From an uncultured Gemmatimonadales bacterium (GTDB lineage Bacteria; Gemmatimonadota; Gemmatimonadetes; Gemmatimonadales; GWC2-71-9): DNA of 64,000 nt. A program made the translations under genes and the position numbers. Positions 39,012 through 49,269 of this stretch are shown here, in pieces (the stretch's first letter is position 1; every line of letters starts with the position of its first letter). The notes beneath the pieces were generated by a model. The model was not told where the DNA came from. It was given only the letters and a program-made list of their open reading frames with translations, and ran no database searches. The DNA lies in the NCBI GenBank assembly GCA_963771275.1, contig CAVYSW010000009.1, positions 32,001 to 96,000 on the forward strand. Direction: 5' to 3'.

Positions 39012-42000
39012 TTACCGCACGATCACCGCCGGCAGCCCGAGCGTCGCCACCGCCGTGTTGAACGCCGGAATTCGGTCCCGCAGCACCGCCGCCAGGCGGT
39101 CGAGCTGCTGCTGCAAGGCCGCCGACAGCTCGTCGAACACCGCGTACGTCTGATCGGTGGGCCTGGCGTCGACGCCCGCCACCACGCCGGCCAGCGCCGC
39201 GATCTTGTTGTTCAACCGGATCGGGAAGTTGAGCGGGTCCTGGCTGCTGCGGTTCTTCGTCTGGTAGATCGCCTCCTCGACCGCCGTCAGCTCCGTCCCG
39301 ATCGCGCGGGCCAGCGCCCGAACCGAGTCGGCGGCCGCGCCGCGTGCAGCGGCTCCAGCCGCGTCCAGCCGGCCGACCACCCCCTCCATGTCGCGCCGCA
39401 CCGCGCGGATCCGGCTCACCGCGTCGTTCGCCGCGCTCAGGCGGTCCCGAATGCGGATGAGGAAGTCGAACTGCGCCTGATAGTCGGCCGCGCTCACCGT
39501 GACCCGCGGGTCCGGCAGCAGGTCGACGCCGCGCGTCACCGACCAGTCACCGGCGGTCAACCGGACCTGATACGGGCCGGGCACCGCCACCGGCCCCTGC
39601 GTCCCGCCGCCCCACATGATCAGCCCGTCGAACCGGCTCGCGTCGGGATACCGCAGGTTCCAGACGAACCGGTTCATGCCGGCCGTGACCTCGAGCCGCT
39701 CGCCGCGCTCCCTGGCGCTCGTCGAGAACGCCTTCACGAGCTTCCCGTCGGCGGCGAGCACCTCGAGCTTCACCTCGCCCGCGGGCGGCTCCCGGAGGAA
39801 GAAGTGCACCATCACGCCGGCCGGCGGGTTCTCCCCCACGCCGGCGGCCGCGCCTCCGCCCCCGAAGCCGCCGCCCTCCAGCCGGTACGTCGGTCGCGGG
39901 GTGTACAGCACCCGATCGGCGCGGGCCACGTCGGCCGTGAGCTCGCGGAGCGGCGTGACATCGTCGAGGATCCAGAACGAGCGCCCGTGCGTCGCCGCGA
40001 CGAGATCGCTCCCCTTCACCGTGAGATCGTGCACCGGCACCACCGGCAGGTTGAGCTGCAACGACTGCCAGTGGGCACCGTCGTCGAACGACACGTACGC
40101 GCCGAACTCGCCGCCCGCGTACAGCAGCGCGGGACGCACCGGGTCCTGGCGCACCGTGCGGATGAAGTGCCCGGGCGGGATGCCGGTCACGATCTTCTTC
40201 CAGGTCCGGCCGTAGTCGGCGGTCTTGTAGACGTACGGCGCGAAGTCGTCGAGCTTGTAGCGCGTCGCCGCCACGTAAGCCGTCCCGGCGTCGTGCGGTG
40301 AGGCGTCGATGACGCTGATCAGCGCCCACTCGGGCAGGTCCTTCGGCGTGACGTTCGTCCAGGTCGTGCCGCCGTCCCGCGTCACGTGGATCAGGCCGTC
40401 ATCGGAGCCCGCCCACAGCACGTTGCGGTCGCGCGGCGACGGCGCCAGCGCGAAGATCGTGGCGTAGTACTCGACGCTGGTGTTGTCCTTCGTGATCGGC
40501 CCGCCCGAAGGGCCGAGCTTGGTCGGGTCGTGCCGCGTGAGATCGGGGCTGATCGTCTCCCAGGTCTGGCCCTCGTTCGTCGTGCGGTGCACGTACTGCG
40601 AGGTCACGTACAGCACGTTGGGATCCTGCGGCGACGGCGCGATCGGGTAGGTCCACTGGAAGCGGTACGTGATGTCGCCGGCCCCCCACCCCATGGGGTT
40701 GTCGGGCCAGACGGACACGTTCCGCGTCTGGCCGGTGCGTCGATCGTTGCGGTCGAGCGCGCCGCCGTAGCAGCCGGCGAACGACACGTCCGGCTGGTCC
40801 GCCCGGGTGACGACGAACCCGCTCTCACACCCGCCCACCGTGTAGTAGTCCGCCGTGGTGATCCCGCCCGACGTCGTCCGGCTGGGCACACAGATCGTGC
40901 TGTTGTCCTGCTGCCCGCCGCAGACGTAGTACGGGAAGTGACTGGTGGTGAACGCGTGGTACATCTGGGCGGTGGGCTGGTTGTCCTGGCCGGTCCAGCC
41001 GATCCCGCCGTTGTACGACACGTTGGCCCCGCCGTCGTTGCCGTTCACCATGCGGCGGGCATCATTCGGAGCGATCCACAGCGCGTGATGATCGCCGTGC
41101 GGCGCCCGCAGGGTGGTGAACGTGCGGCCCCCGTCCACCGACTTGTGGAGCTGCACGTTCAGCACGTACACGGTCTCCTCGTCCGCGGGGTCGGCGTAGA
41201 TGTTGGTGTAGTACCAGGCGCGCTGCCGCAGGCCGCGCTCGTCGTTCAGCTGCTGCCAGGTGTCGCCGCCGTCGTCGGAGCGGAACACCCCGCCGCGCTC
41301 GTGCTCGACCATCGCCCAGACGCGATCGGGACGCACCGGCGAGACGGCGAGCCCCACCTTGCCCACCACCCCCGAGTCCGGCAGGCCCGCGTTGCGGGTG
41401 ATCTCCGTCCAGGTCGTGCCGCCGTCGCGCGACCGGAAGATCCCGCTGCCGGCGCCGCCGCTCTCGAAGCCCCACGGCGTGCGCCGCGCCTGCCACAGCG
41501 CGGCGTACAGGATCCGCGGGTTGGTCGGGTCCATCGCGAGGTCGATGGCGCCGGAGTTGGCGTCGCGATAGAGCACGCGCTCCCAGGTCCGGCCGCCGTC
41601 CCGCGAGCGGAACACGCCGCGCTGCTCGCTCGGCCCGAAGATGTGGCCCAGCACCGCGGCGTAGACCAGGTCGGGATCCGCCGGGTGGACGCGGATCTGG
41701 GTGATCTGCCCGGCGTCGGCGAGGCCCGCCGCCGTCCAGGTCTTGCCGCCGTCGGTGGAGCGATACGCGCCGTTCCCCGGCGAGACGTTCCCGCGGGGCG
41801 GCGCTTCACCCGTGCCGGCGTACACCACGTTCGGGTCCGACGGGGCGACCGCCAGCGCGCCGATCGAGCCCGCCATCCGGGTGGAGTCCGTCAGCGGCAG
41901 CCACGTGAGGCCGCCGTCGATCGTCTTCCACACGCCGCCGCCAGTCGTGCCCATGTAGAAAACGAGCGGCTGGTCGGCGTGCCCGGCCACCGCGGCAACC

Positions 42001-42137
42001 CGCCCGCCGCGATAGGGGCCGATCATCCGCCAGCGCAGGGCGTTGAACAGGGTCGAGTCGTACGGCGCGCCCTGCGCGAGCGCGGCGGCGGGCGTGACCA
42101 GAATCGCGAGCAGCGCGAAGTGTCGCGGCATGCGCAT
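39012..42137 (-). CDS. Large secreted BNR/Asp-box (VPS10/glycosyl-hydrolase-like) propeller protein
   Basis: Signal peptide; WRMIGPYRGGR; many S/TxDGGxTW Asp-boxes. Confidence 0.9.
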   Translation of the reverse strand: MRMPRHFALLAILVTPAAALAQGAPYDSTLFNALRWRMIGPYRGGRVAAVAGHADQPLVFYMGTTGGGVWKTIDGGLTWLPLTDSTRMAGSIGALAVAPSDPNVVYAGTGEAPPRGNVSPGNGAYRSTDGGKTWTAAGLADAGQITQIRVHPADPDLVYAAVLGHIFGPSEQRGVFRSRDGGRTWERVLYRDANSGAIDLAMDPTNPRILYAALWQARRTPWGFESGGAGSGIFRSRDGGTTWTEITRNAGLPDSGVVGKVGLAVSPVRPDRVWAMVEHERGGVFRSDDGGDTWQQLNDERGLRQRAWYYTNIYADPADEETVYVLNVQLHKSVDGGRTFTTLRAPHGDHHALWIAPNDARRMVNGNDGGANVSYNGGIGWTGQDNQPTAQMYHAFTTSHFPYYVCGGQQDNSTICVPSRTTSGGITTADYYTVGGCESGFVVTRADQPDVSFAGCYGGALDRNDRRTGQTRNVSVWPDNPMGWGAGDITYRFQWTYPIAPSPQDPNVLYVTSQYVHRTTNEGQTWETISPDLTRHDPTKLGPSGGPITKDNTSVEYYATIFALAPSPRDRNVLWAGSDDGLIHVTRDGGTTWTNVTPKDLPEWALISVIDASPHDAGTAYVAATRYKLDDFAPYVYKTADYGRTWKKIVTGIPPGHFIRTVRQDPVRPALLYAGGEFGAYVSFDDGAHWQSLQLNLPVVPVHDLTVKGSDLVAATHGRSFWILDDVTPLRELTADVARADRVLYTPRPTYRLEGGGFGGGGAAAGVGENPPAGVMVHFFLREPPAGEVKLEVLAADGKLVKAFSTSARERGERLEVTAGMNRFVWNLRYPDASRFDGLIMWGGGTQGPVAVPGPYQVRLTAGDWSVTRGVDLLPDPRVTVSAADYQAQFDFLIRIRDRLSAANDAVSRIRAVRRDMEGVVGRLDAAGAAARGAAADSVRALARAIGTELTAVEEAIYQTKNRSSQDPLNFPIRLNNKIAALAGVVAGVDARPTDQTYAVFDELSAALQQQLDRLAAVLRDRIPAFNTAVATLGLPAVIVR

Positions 42138-42247
42138 GGGGAGCCTCGCGGGAGAAGCCGGGATGGCAGGGGTCAACTGCGGGCGAGCGAATCGACGCCA
42201 GGGGGAGCGGCAGAGGCGACCGCCTCTGCCGCTTCTGCCGCGTTCGA

Positions 42248-43450
42248 CTAGGCCAGCACCTCGCGCACCTCGCCCAGCGCCCACGCGAGCGCTTCCCGCT
42301 CCACCACGAGCGGCGGGGCGAAGCGGATCACCTGATCGTGGGTCTCCTTGCAGAGGATGCCGCGCCGGGCGAGCGCCTCGCAGAACGGCCGGGCCGGGCC
42401 GCTCGACTGCTTGATCTCGACCCCGATCATCAGCCCGCGGCCGCGGACCTCCTGCACGTGCGGCGATTTGAGCTGCTGCAGCTCTCCGAGGAACCAGGCG
42501 CCCTCGCGCTGGGCGCGCTCGGGCAGCGCTTCGTCGACCAGGACCCGCAGGGCCGCGCGGCCGATGGCGGCCGCCAGCGGGTTGCCGCCGAACGTGGAGC
42601 CGTGGCTCCCCGGCTCGAACACGTCCATCAGGGGCGCGTCGGCGAGCATGGCGGAGACGGGGTAGACGCCGCCGCTCAGCGCCTTGCCGACGATCATCGC
42701 GTCGGGGCGCACCTGTTCCCAGTCGCACGCGAACAGCTTGCCCGTGCGGCCGAGCCCCGTCTGGATCTCGTCGGCCACGAATAGCACGTTGTGCTGCCGG
42801 CAGATCTCGGCGACGTCCTTGAGGTAGCCGGCGGGCGGGATCAGCACGCCGCCCTCGCACTGGATCGGCTCCACGAGGAACGCGGCGGTCTGCGGGGTGA
42901 TCGCTTCCTCGAGCGCATTGGCGTCACCGAACGGGATCACCACGAAGCCGGGCGTGAATGGCCCGAAGTCCGCGCGGTAGTGCGGATCGGACGAGGCGGA
43001 CACGATCGACACCGTCCGGCCGTGGAAGTTGTTCGCGCAGACGATGATCCGCGCCTTGTCGGCCGGGATCCGCTTGACGCGATAGCCCCAGCGCCGCACC
43101 GCCTTGAGCGCGGTTTCCACGGCCTCGGCGCCCGAGTTCATCGGCAGGGCGCGCTCGTAGCCCGACAGCTCGCACAGCTCGCGCAGGAACGGTCCCATCT
43201 GGTCGTTGTGGAATGCGCGCGAGGTGAGCGTGATCCGGTCGAGCTGGGCCTTGGCGGCCGCGATGATGTCGGGATGGCGGTGGCCCTGGTTCACCGCCGA
43301 GTAGGCGGCCAGGCAGTCGAGGTACTTCTTGCCCTCGACGTCCCACACCCACGCGCCCTCGCCCCGTTCCAGCACGATCGGCAGGGGGTGGTAGTTGTGG
43401 GCGCTGTAGCGGTCGACTTCGCTCAGGTAATCCGTGGCGGCGCTGGTCAT
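42248..43450 (-). CDS. rocD: Ornithine--oxo-acid aminotransferase
   Basis: SAHNYHPLP, YSAVNQGH, PMNSGAEAVE, DEIQTGLGRTG, GKALSGG, HGSTFGGNP, KETH. Confidence 0.95.
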   Translation of the reverse strand: MTSAATDYLSEVDRYSAHNYHPLPIVLERGEGAWVWDVEGKKYLDCLAAYSAVNQGHRHPDIIAAAKAQLDRITLTSRAFHNDQMGPFLRELCELSGYERALPMNSGAEAVETALKAVRRWGYRVKRIPADKARIIVCANNFHGRTVSIVSASSDPHYRADFGPFTPGFVVIPFGDANALEEAITPQTAAFLVEPIQCEGGVLIPPAGYLKDVAEICRQHNVLFVADEIQTGLGRTGKLFACDWEQVRPDAMIVGKALSGGVYPVSAMLADAPLMDVFEPGSHGSTFGGNPLAAAIGRAALRVLVDEALPERAQREGAWFLGELQQLKSPHVQEVRGRGLMIGVEIKQSSGPARPFCEALARRGILCKETHDQVIRFAPPLVVEREALAWALGEVREVLA

Positions 43451-43484
43451 GGCCTGTATGGGAAAAGGGGTCGCAAAACTCCGA

Positions 43485-43522
43485 ATCGCATAAAAATACA
43501 TCTCACTGCATAAAATTCCAGT
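43485..43522. promoter_or_regulatory. Tandem ARG boxes (ArgR/AhrC operator) upstream of rocD
   Basis: Two 18-bp imperfect palindromes 2 bp apart, ATCGCATAAAAATACATC and ACTGCATAAAATTCCAGT, resembling TGCAT-(A/T)n-ATKCA. Confidence 0.7.
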
Positions 43523-43528
43523 GGCGCC

Positions 43529-44035
43529 TCACAGCTGCGCCAGCGCCCGCTCCACCCGCGCCTGCTCCTCGGGCGCGAGCGCGGCGGCGGTCGCGTCCGG
43601 CGGCGGCGTTCGGCGCGTCGCGCGCCGCAGCCACCACCCCACCCCCACCGCCCCGACGGCGAGCACGGCGCCCGGCACGAGCCACGCGAGCAGCCCAAAC
43701 CCGCGGGCCGGCGGCGTCGCCCGCACCTCCTCGCCGTACAGCGCCAGGAGCACCGCCCGGATCGAGTCCGCCGGCACGCCGGCCGCGATCCACGCCCGGA
43801 TCGTGTCGCGCAGCACGCCCGCCTGTGGCGAGGGGCAGTTCGCCAGCAGCAGGCCGGGGCAGAACGGGCTCATGGTCGAGTTGAACAGGCGGGACGCCGC
43901 GGTCTCGACGCCGACGGGAAACCGCGGCGCGACGGTGTCCTGCGCCGGGGCGGCGCGGGCGGCGCGCTGCGCCGGCCCCGGGGCCGCGTCCGCGCCCGCC
44001 GCCGCGCCCACGAGCAGGGCCGTCAGGACGAGCAT
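43529..44035 (-). CDS. CcmH/CycL-like cytochrome c biogenesis protein
   Basis: MSPFCPGLLLANCPSPQA...YGEEVRATPP...LLAWLVP. Confidence 0.75.
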   Translation of the reverse strand: MLVLTALLVGAAAGADAAPGPAQRAARAAPAQDTVAPRFPVGVETAASRLFNSTMSPFCPGLLLANCPSPQAGVLRDTIRAWIAAGVPADSIRAVLLALYGEEVRATPPARGFGLLAWLVPGAVLAVGAVGVGWWLRRATRRTPPPDATAAALAPEEQARVERALAQL

Positions 44036-44069
44036 CCCCGCCCCGCCGCCGCCCGCATCGTGCGTCACG

Positions 44070-44279
44070 TCAGTCCTCGACTGTGAAGCCGATCTTCACG
44101 CCGACCTGCCAGTGCTGGATCTTGCCGTCCTCGAGATGCCCCCGGATCTCGGTCACCTGCATCCAGCGCATATTGCGGACGCTCTCCGCCGCCTTGGCGA
44201 CGGCGCGCTCGATCGCGGGCTGCAGCCCCGTGGCCGAAGAGCCGTACATCTCGATGATCTTGTAGCAGTGGTCCGACAT
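44070..44279 (-). CDS. Dodecin (flavin-binding)
   Basis: MSDHCYKIIEMYGSS...AIERAV...WMQVTEIRG...WQVGVKIGF; GGGAGG RBS. Confidence 0.9.
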   Translation of the reverse strand: MSDHCYKIIEMYGSSATGLQPAIERAVAKAAESVRNMRWMQVTEIRGHLEDGKIQHWQVGVKIGFTVED

Positions 44280-44420
44280 GGCTCGCCTCCCTGTCGCGTC
44301 GCCCGCGCGGAGCCGCCTGGCCCCGTGCCGGTACGTTAGCCACCGCGCCACGCTGCGGGAAGCGGCGCGGCGGCCACGCAGTTGCCCCGCCGCATCCCGA
44401 CGCGCACAATTGACCGGTCC

Positions 44421-45443
44421 ATGGCCGTCGATCCCGCCTTCTCGGAAGTCCAGCGCCGCCTCGTGCGCTTCGTGCTCGCTTTGCTCGCCATCACGGCCGT
44501 CGGGACGCTGGGCTACGTCCTGATCGAGGGGTGGCCGCCGTTCGACGCCCTGTACATGACGGTGATCACCCTGGCGACGATCGGGTTCCAGGAGGTGCAC
44601 CCGCTGTCCACGGCGGGCCGCGCCTTCACCATGGGGCTGATCGTGGCGGGCGTGAGCGCGGTGGGCTACTTCGTCAACGCCGTGGGCCAGCTCGCGCTGA
44701 GCGGCGAGCTGGCGGCCCGGCTCCGGAGACGACGCATGCAGGAGCGACTGGAAGCGCTGAGCGGGCACTACGTGGTCTGTGGCTACGGGCGGGTCGGGCA
44801 GGAGGTGGTCGGGGACCTGCTGCGGCGGGGTCGCCGCTGCGTGGTGGTCGACAGCGCGCGCCCCGCGTCGCCGGCCGCGCCCGACGTGCCGTTCGTGGTG
44901 GGCGACGCCGCCAACGACGACGTGCTGCGCCAGGCCGGCATCGACCGGGCCCGCGGGCTGGTCGCGGTCACCGGCGACGACCCCACGAACCTGTTCGTCA
45001 CGCTGAGCGCCCACGCCTTGAACCCCAAGCTCGTGATCGTGGCGCGCGCCAACGACGACGCCACCCAGCCCAAGCTGCTGCGCGCCGGCGCCGCGCACGT
45101 GATCTCCCCCAACATCCTCAGCGGCCGCCGCATCGCCGCCCAGCTGCTCAACCCGGCCGTGGCGGACTTCCTCGACGTGGTGATGCACTCCGGGCAGCTC
45201 GAGATGTGGCTGGAGGAGTTCCAGGTGGCGCCGGGGAGTGAGCTGCACGGCCGCACGGTGGCGGCGGCCGACGTCCGGCGGCGCACGGGGGCGAACGTGC
45301 TCGCCGTGCGGCGCCACGATCAGGGGACGATCCTCACCAACCTGCCCGCCGACCTCACCTTCGCCCCCGGCGACATCCTGATCGCGCTCGGCACCGGCGA
45401 GCAACTCGCCGCGCTGGGGCGCGCGGCGGGCCTGACGAGCTGA
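44421..45443 (+). CDS. Two-TM potassium channel with RCK (TrkA-N/C) domains
   Basis: DALYMTVITLATIGFQE pore; VVCGYGRVG; TrkA-C tail. Confidence 0.9.
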   Translation: MAVDPAFSEVQRRLVRFVLALLAITAVGTLGYVLIEGWPPFDALYMTVITLATIGFQEVHPLSTAGRAFTMGLIVAGVSAVGYFVNAVGQLALSGELAARLRRRRMQERLEALSGHYVVCGYGRVGQEVVGDLLRRGRRCVVVDSARPASPAAPDVPFVVGDAANDDVLRQAGIDRARGLVAVTGDDPTNLFVTLSAHALNPKLVIVARANDDATQPKLLRAGAAHVISPNILSGRRIAAQLLNPAVADFLDVVMHSGQLEMWLEEFQVAPGSELHGRTVAAADVRRRTGANVLAVRRHDQGTILTNLPADLTFAPGDILIALGTGEQLAALGRAAGLTS

Positions 45444-45465
45444 GCGCGGCGCCCGGCCCGCGGCG

Positions 45466-46830
45466 CTACGGCCGCGGCAGCGGCTCCGGCAGATCGGCGA
45501 TCACGTAGGCCATCACGGCCATGGCCGCGACGCACAGCCCCATCTCCCGCGGATCGAGCTTGTCCATCGTGTCGGCGTCCGTGTGGTGGTACCAGAAGTA
45601 GCGCGTGCCGTCGACGTCGAGCCCCATGCCGGGAACGCCATCCCGCATGATCGGGCCGATGTCGGAGCCGCCGCCACCGCGCGTGATCGAGTCGGCGCCG
45701 ATCCCCGCGAGCAGCGCGCCGACCTGCCGCACGATCGCGAACGCGGCGTCCGATCCGGCAAAGCCGAAGCCGCGCGGGGCGAACACGCCACCGTCCGCCT
45801 CGATCGCGAGCACGTGCGTCGCCGCCTCGGCGCGGTGCGCGTCACGGTAGGCGTCGCCGCCCCGGCCGCCGTTCTCCTCGTTGACCCAGCCGACCACCCG
45901 GATCGTGCGGCGCGGCGTGAGCCCGAGGCGCTTGAGCACGCGCAGCGCCTCCCACGCGACCACCACCCCGCCGCCGTCGTCCATCGCGCCCTGCCCCACG
46001 TCCCAGGAATCGGTATGCCCGCCCATCACGACGACCTCGTCCGGGCGCTCGCGGCCGGTGAGCTGGCCCATCACGTTGCGGGACGGCGCGTCGGGCAGCA
46101 CGTGCCCGCCGGTGCGGAGCCGCACGACGATCCGGTCACCGCGGTCCTGCATCCGGTGGAGCATCATCGCGTCCTCCACGGTAACCGCGGCGAACGGGAT
46201 GCGCGGCGCGGAGTCCGCGTACACCATCTGGCCCGTGTGCGGCGTCTGCTGTGAGTACGGCGTGACCGATCGCAGCAGGGCGGCGACCGCGCCCGCCCGC
46301 GCCGCGGCGATCGCGCCCAGGGCGCGATACCGCACCGTCTGGCCGTACGTCGTGAACGGCACGTCGAACAGCACGATCCTGCCACGCGCCTCGGCGTGGT
46401 GGGCGGCGAGGTCGTCCCAGCTGGTGACCACCAGCACCGGCGCCGTGATCCCGGCGGGCGGGGTCGCGATCGTGCCGCCGAGGCCCAGCATCGGGAGCCG
46501 CCGCGGCCGGGGCTCCAGCAGCTCGGCCGACTCGTCCCCCCGCACCCACACCGGCACCATCACGGGCTCCGCCCGCACCGAGTCGAGCCCGTCCCGCCGC
46601 ATTTCGTCCAGCATCCAGTCGAGCGCCCGCTCGAGGCTGGACGAGCCGCTCAGCCGGCTGCCGAACCGGTCCGCCAGGACGGCGAGCCGCGCGTACGCCG
46701 CGCTGTCGCTCAGCGCCGCCGCAATGATCCGATCGGCCGCGCCGCGGTAGCGTTCGGCGACGGCGTCCTGCGCCACGAGCGGCGCGGGCAGGGCGAGGGC
46801 GAGCAGCAGGATCGACGGGCGGTGCTTCAC
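45466..46830 (-). CDS. M28 peptidase (carboxypeptidase Q-like)
   Basis: GGHTDSWDVGQGAMDDGGG, NEENG, YHHTDADT. Confidence 0.9.
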   Translation of the reverse strand: MKHRPSILLLALALPAPLVAQDAVAERYRGAADRIIAAALSDSAAYARLAVLADRFGSRLSGSSSLERALDWMLDEMRRDGLDSVRAEPVMVPVWVRGDESAELLEPRPRRLPMLGLGGTIATPPAGITAPVLVVTSWDDLAAHHAEARGRIVLFDVPFTTYGQTVRYRALGAIAAARAGAVAALLRSVTPYSQQTPHTGQMVYADSAPRIPFAAVTVEDAMMLHRMQDRGDRIVVRLRTGGHVLPDAPSRNVMGQLTGRERPDEVVVMGGHTDSWDVGQGAMDDGGGVVVAWEALRVLKRLGLTPRRTIRVVGWVNEENGGRGGDAYRDAHRAEAATHVLAIEADGGVFAPRGFGFAGSDAAFAIVRQVGALLAGIGADSITRGGGGSDIGPIMRDGVPGMGLDVDGTRYFWYHHTDADTMDKLDPREMGLCVAAMAVMAYVIADLPEPLPRP

Positions 46831-46839
46831 GGGTCCTCC

Positions 46840-48045
46840 TCACTCATGGCGAATGGCGTCGATCGGCGCGAGGCGCGCGGCACGCCGGGCCGGGTAGATC
46901 CCGAAGATCAGGCCGATCGCGATCGCGGCGACCGCCGCCACAGCGAAGGTCGGCCACGTGAAGGCGGGTCCGATCGTCGCCGCGGTCCGCGCGCGCATCA
47001 GCGCCGTGACGCCGATCGCCGTCACGGCGCCGAGCACGGCGCCGAGGGCGGCCCCCGCGCCGGTGATCGCCACCGACTCGGCAAGCACCTGCACGAGCAC
47101 GTCGCGGCGCCGGGCCCCGGCGGCGCGCCGCACGCCGATTTCCCGGGTGCGCTCGCTCACCGACGCGAGCAGCACGTTCATGATGCCGATGCCGCCGACC
47201 ACCAGCGAGATGCCCGTGATCGCCCCCATCAGGAGCTTGAACACCAGCATGGCCTGACGCGTCTGGCCGACGCGCAGCTGGTTCGTGACGATGGCGACGC
47301 GCTCGCGCCAATCGACCCAGCGGCCGCCGAGCCAGCGCTCCACGTCCGTCACCCGCGCGGGGACGTCCTCCACCCGCTCCGCCCGAATGACCAGCGCGGC
47401 CGGCGGCGCCGGCGCGGCGACGATCGCCCGGGGAAACGCCGCCAGCGGCACGAACACGCCCGGCCGCTGCGGGCGCGCAGCCCGCCCCACGCCGACGACC
47501 GCGAACGGCGTGACGCCGAGCGGGACGGTGTCGCCCGGCCGGACGCCGAGCAGGGCGGCCACGGTGTCGGCCAGCACCGCCACCCGCGCACCGCTCCGCG
47601 CCTCGTCGTCCGAGAACGCGCGCCCCGCCAGGAGCGCGAGGCGGCTCGTGACGCCGTCGGGCAGCGTTCCCGTGACGCGCACGCCGCGGCCCGTCGTATC
47701 GCCGGGCCGGCGCGCCAGCGTCGGCGCCACGGCCAGCACGGCGACCTCCGCGCGGGCGCCGAGCGCCCGCCGCAGCAGGGCGCCGTCGCCGGCGGCGAAC
47801 CCGAGCACGTCGGTCACGGGGAGGCGCACGTCGTCCACCTCGCGCGTGGTGAGCGGCGCCACGACGATGGACTGGAGGTCCGTGGTCTGGGCGATCTGCT
47901 CCCGAGCGAACCGCTCGACCGCGTCCCCGACCGCGAGCACCGCCACCAGCGCCCCGACGCCGATCACGACGCCGAGCGTGGACAGGGCCGTCCGGAGCGG
48001 ATTGCCGCGGAGGGCCTGGAGGCCGATCAGAACGGCATGGCGCAC
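46840..48045 (-). CDS. MacB/FtsX-type ABC transporter permease
   Basis: RTALSTLGVVIGV...GGIGIMNVLLASVSERTREIGVR...YPARRAA. Confidence 0.9.
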   Translation of the reverse strand: MRHAVLIGLQALRGNPLRTALSTLGVVIGVGALVAVLAVGDAVERFAREQIAQTTDLQSIVVAPLTTREVDDVRLPVTDVLGFAAGDGALLRRALGARAEVAVLAVAPTLARRPGDTTGRGVRVTGTLPDGVTSRLALLAGRAFSDDEARSGARVAVLADTVAALLGVRPGDTVPLGVTPFAVVGVGRAARPQRPGVFVPLAAFPRAIVAAPAPPAALVIRAERVEDVPARVTDVERWLGGRWVDWRERVAIVTNQLRVGQTRQAMLVFKLLMGAITGISLVVGGIGIMNVLLASVSERTREIGVRRAAGARRRDVLVQVLAESVAITGAGAALGAVLGAVTAIGVTALMRARTAATIGPAFTWPTFAVAAVAAIAIGLIFGIYPARRAARLAPIDAIRHE

Positions 48046-48109
48046 GATCGGCGCAATCTAGTGCCGTTTCTGCCGCTCCGCGCCGCCGACGGGTAGATTC
48101 CCCGAGGCC

Positions 48110-49198
48110 ATGCTCACCCTCCTGCTGATCGTCGCGGCGGCGCTCGCCGTCTCCTTCCTCTGCTCCCTGATGGAGGCGACGATCCTCAGCGTCACGCCGT
48201 CGTACGTCGCCGCGCTCGACGCCAAGCACCGCTCGGTGGCCAAGATCCTGCGGCACCTCAAGGAGGACATCAACCGCCCGCTGGCGGCGATCCTGACGCT
48301 CAACACGATCGCGAACACGTTCGGCGCGGCCGCGGCAGGAGCCCACGTGGACCGCCTGTTCGGCAGCCACCTCGTGGCCGTGTTCTCGGCGGTGTTCACG
48401 CTCGCGATCCTGTTCCTGTCGGAGATCATCCCCAAGACGCTCGGCGCCCTGTACTGGCGGCGCACGGCCCCGGCCGTCGCGCACGCGTTGCGCGTCATCA
48501 TCCCCGTGCTGTGGCCCCTCGTCTGGATCGCCCGCCACCTCACCAAGGCGATGGCGCGGGGCAAGCGCTCGGCGGGCGAGCAGCGCGAGGAATTCCGGGC
48601 ACTCGCCGAGCTCGGCGCCCGCGAGGGCGTCTTCCGGGTGGAGGAATCGCGCGTCCTCAAGAACCTGTTCCGGCTGGGCTCGCTGCGCACCAAGCACATC
48701 ATGACGCCGCGCATCGTGGTGTTCGCCGTCCCCGAGCAGGAGACCGTGAGCGGCGTGCTGCGCGCGCACGCCGAGTTCCGGTTCTCGCGCATCCCGACCT
48801 ACGGGCAGGACCTCGACGACGTCACGGGGTACGTGCTGAAGGACGACCTGCTGCTGGCGGGCGCGCGGGACGAGCACGACCGCCGCATGGTGGAGCTCAA
48901 GCGCGAGATCCTGGTCGTCCCCGAAACCCTGCCGATCTCACAGCTGCTGGAGCGCTTTCTCGACAACCGCGAGCACATCGCGCTCGTGGTGGACGAGTAC
49001 GGCGGGACGGCCGGCGTGGTCGCGATGGAAGACGTGGTGGAGACCGTGCTGGGCCTCGAGATCGTGGACGAGGCGGACAAGCACAAGGACATGCAGGAGC
49101 TCGCCCGCGAGCAGTGGCTCAAGCGCGCCAAGCGGCTCGGCGTGGTGGGCGAGGATTTCCGCGAGCCGCAGCACGACGGGCGCCGGTCCCCTTCCTGA
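48110..49198 (+). CDS. CNNM/DUF21-CBS (hemolysin-like) transporter
   Basis: SFLCSLMEA, SEIIPKT, IMTPR, VVDEYGG...EDVVE. Confidence 0.9.
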   Translation: MLTLLLIVAAALAVSFLCSLMEATILSVTPSYVAALDAKHRSVAKILRHLKEDINRPLAAILTLNTIANTFGAAAAGAHVDRLFGSHLVAVFSAVFTLAILFLSEIIPKTLGALYWRRTAPAVAHALRVIIPVLWPLVWIARHLTKAMARGKRSAGEQREEFRALAELGAREGVFRVEESRVLKNLFRLGSLRTKHIMTPRIVVFAVPEQETVSGVLRAHAEFRFSRIPTYGQDLDDVTGYVLKDDLLLAGARDEHDRRMVELKREILVVPETLPISQLLERFLDNREHIALVVDEYGGTAGVVAMEDVVETVLGLEIVDEADKHKDMQELAREQWLKRAKRLGVVGEDFREPQHDGRRSPS

Positions 49199-49269
49199 CA
49201 CCCCGTTGCGGTTCGCGCCGGGACTCGCTAAGCTCCCCCCCTTCACCCCAGCCAATTCCCGGAGGCATC

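Noticed and set aside
42138..42860. N-terminal extension of the 1282-aa ORF
   Set aside because: Overlaps rocD in another frame; the signal peptide begins at 42137/42131.
44421..45443. Non-GYG filter (TIGFQE) as a novelty
   Set aside because: Such variants are common among RCK-containing two-TM bacterial channels.
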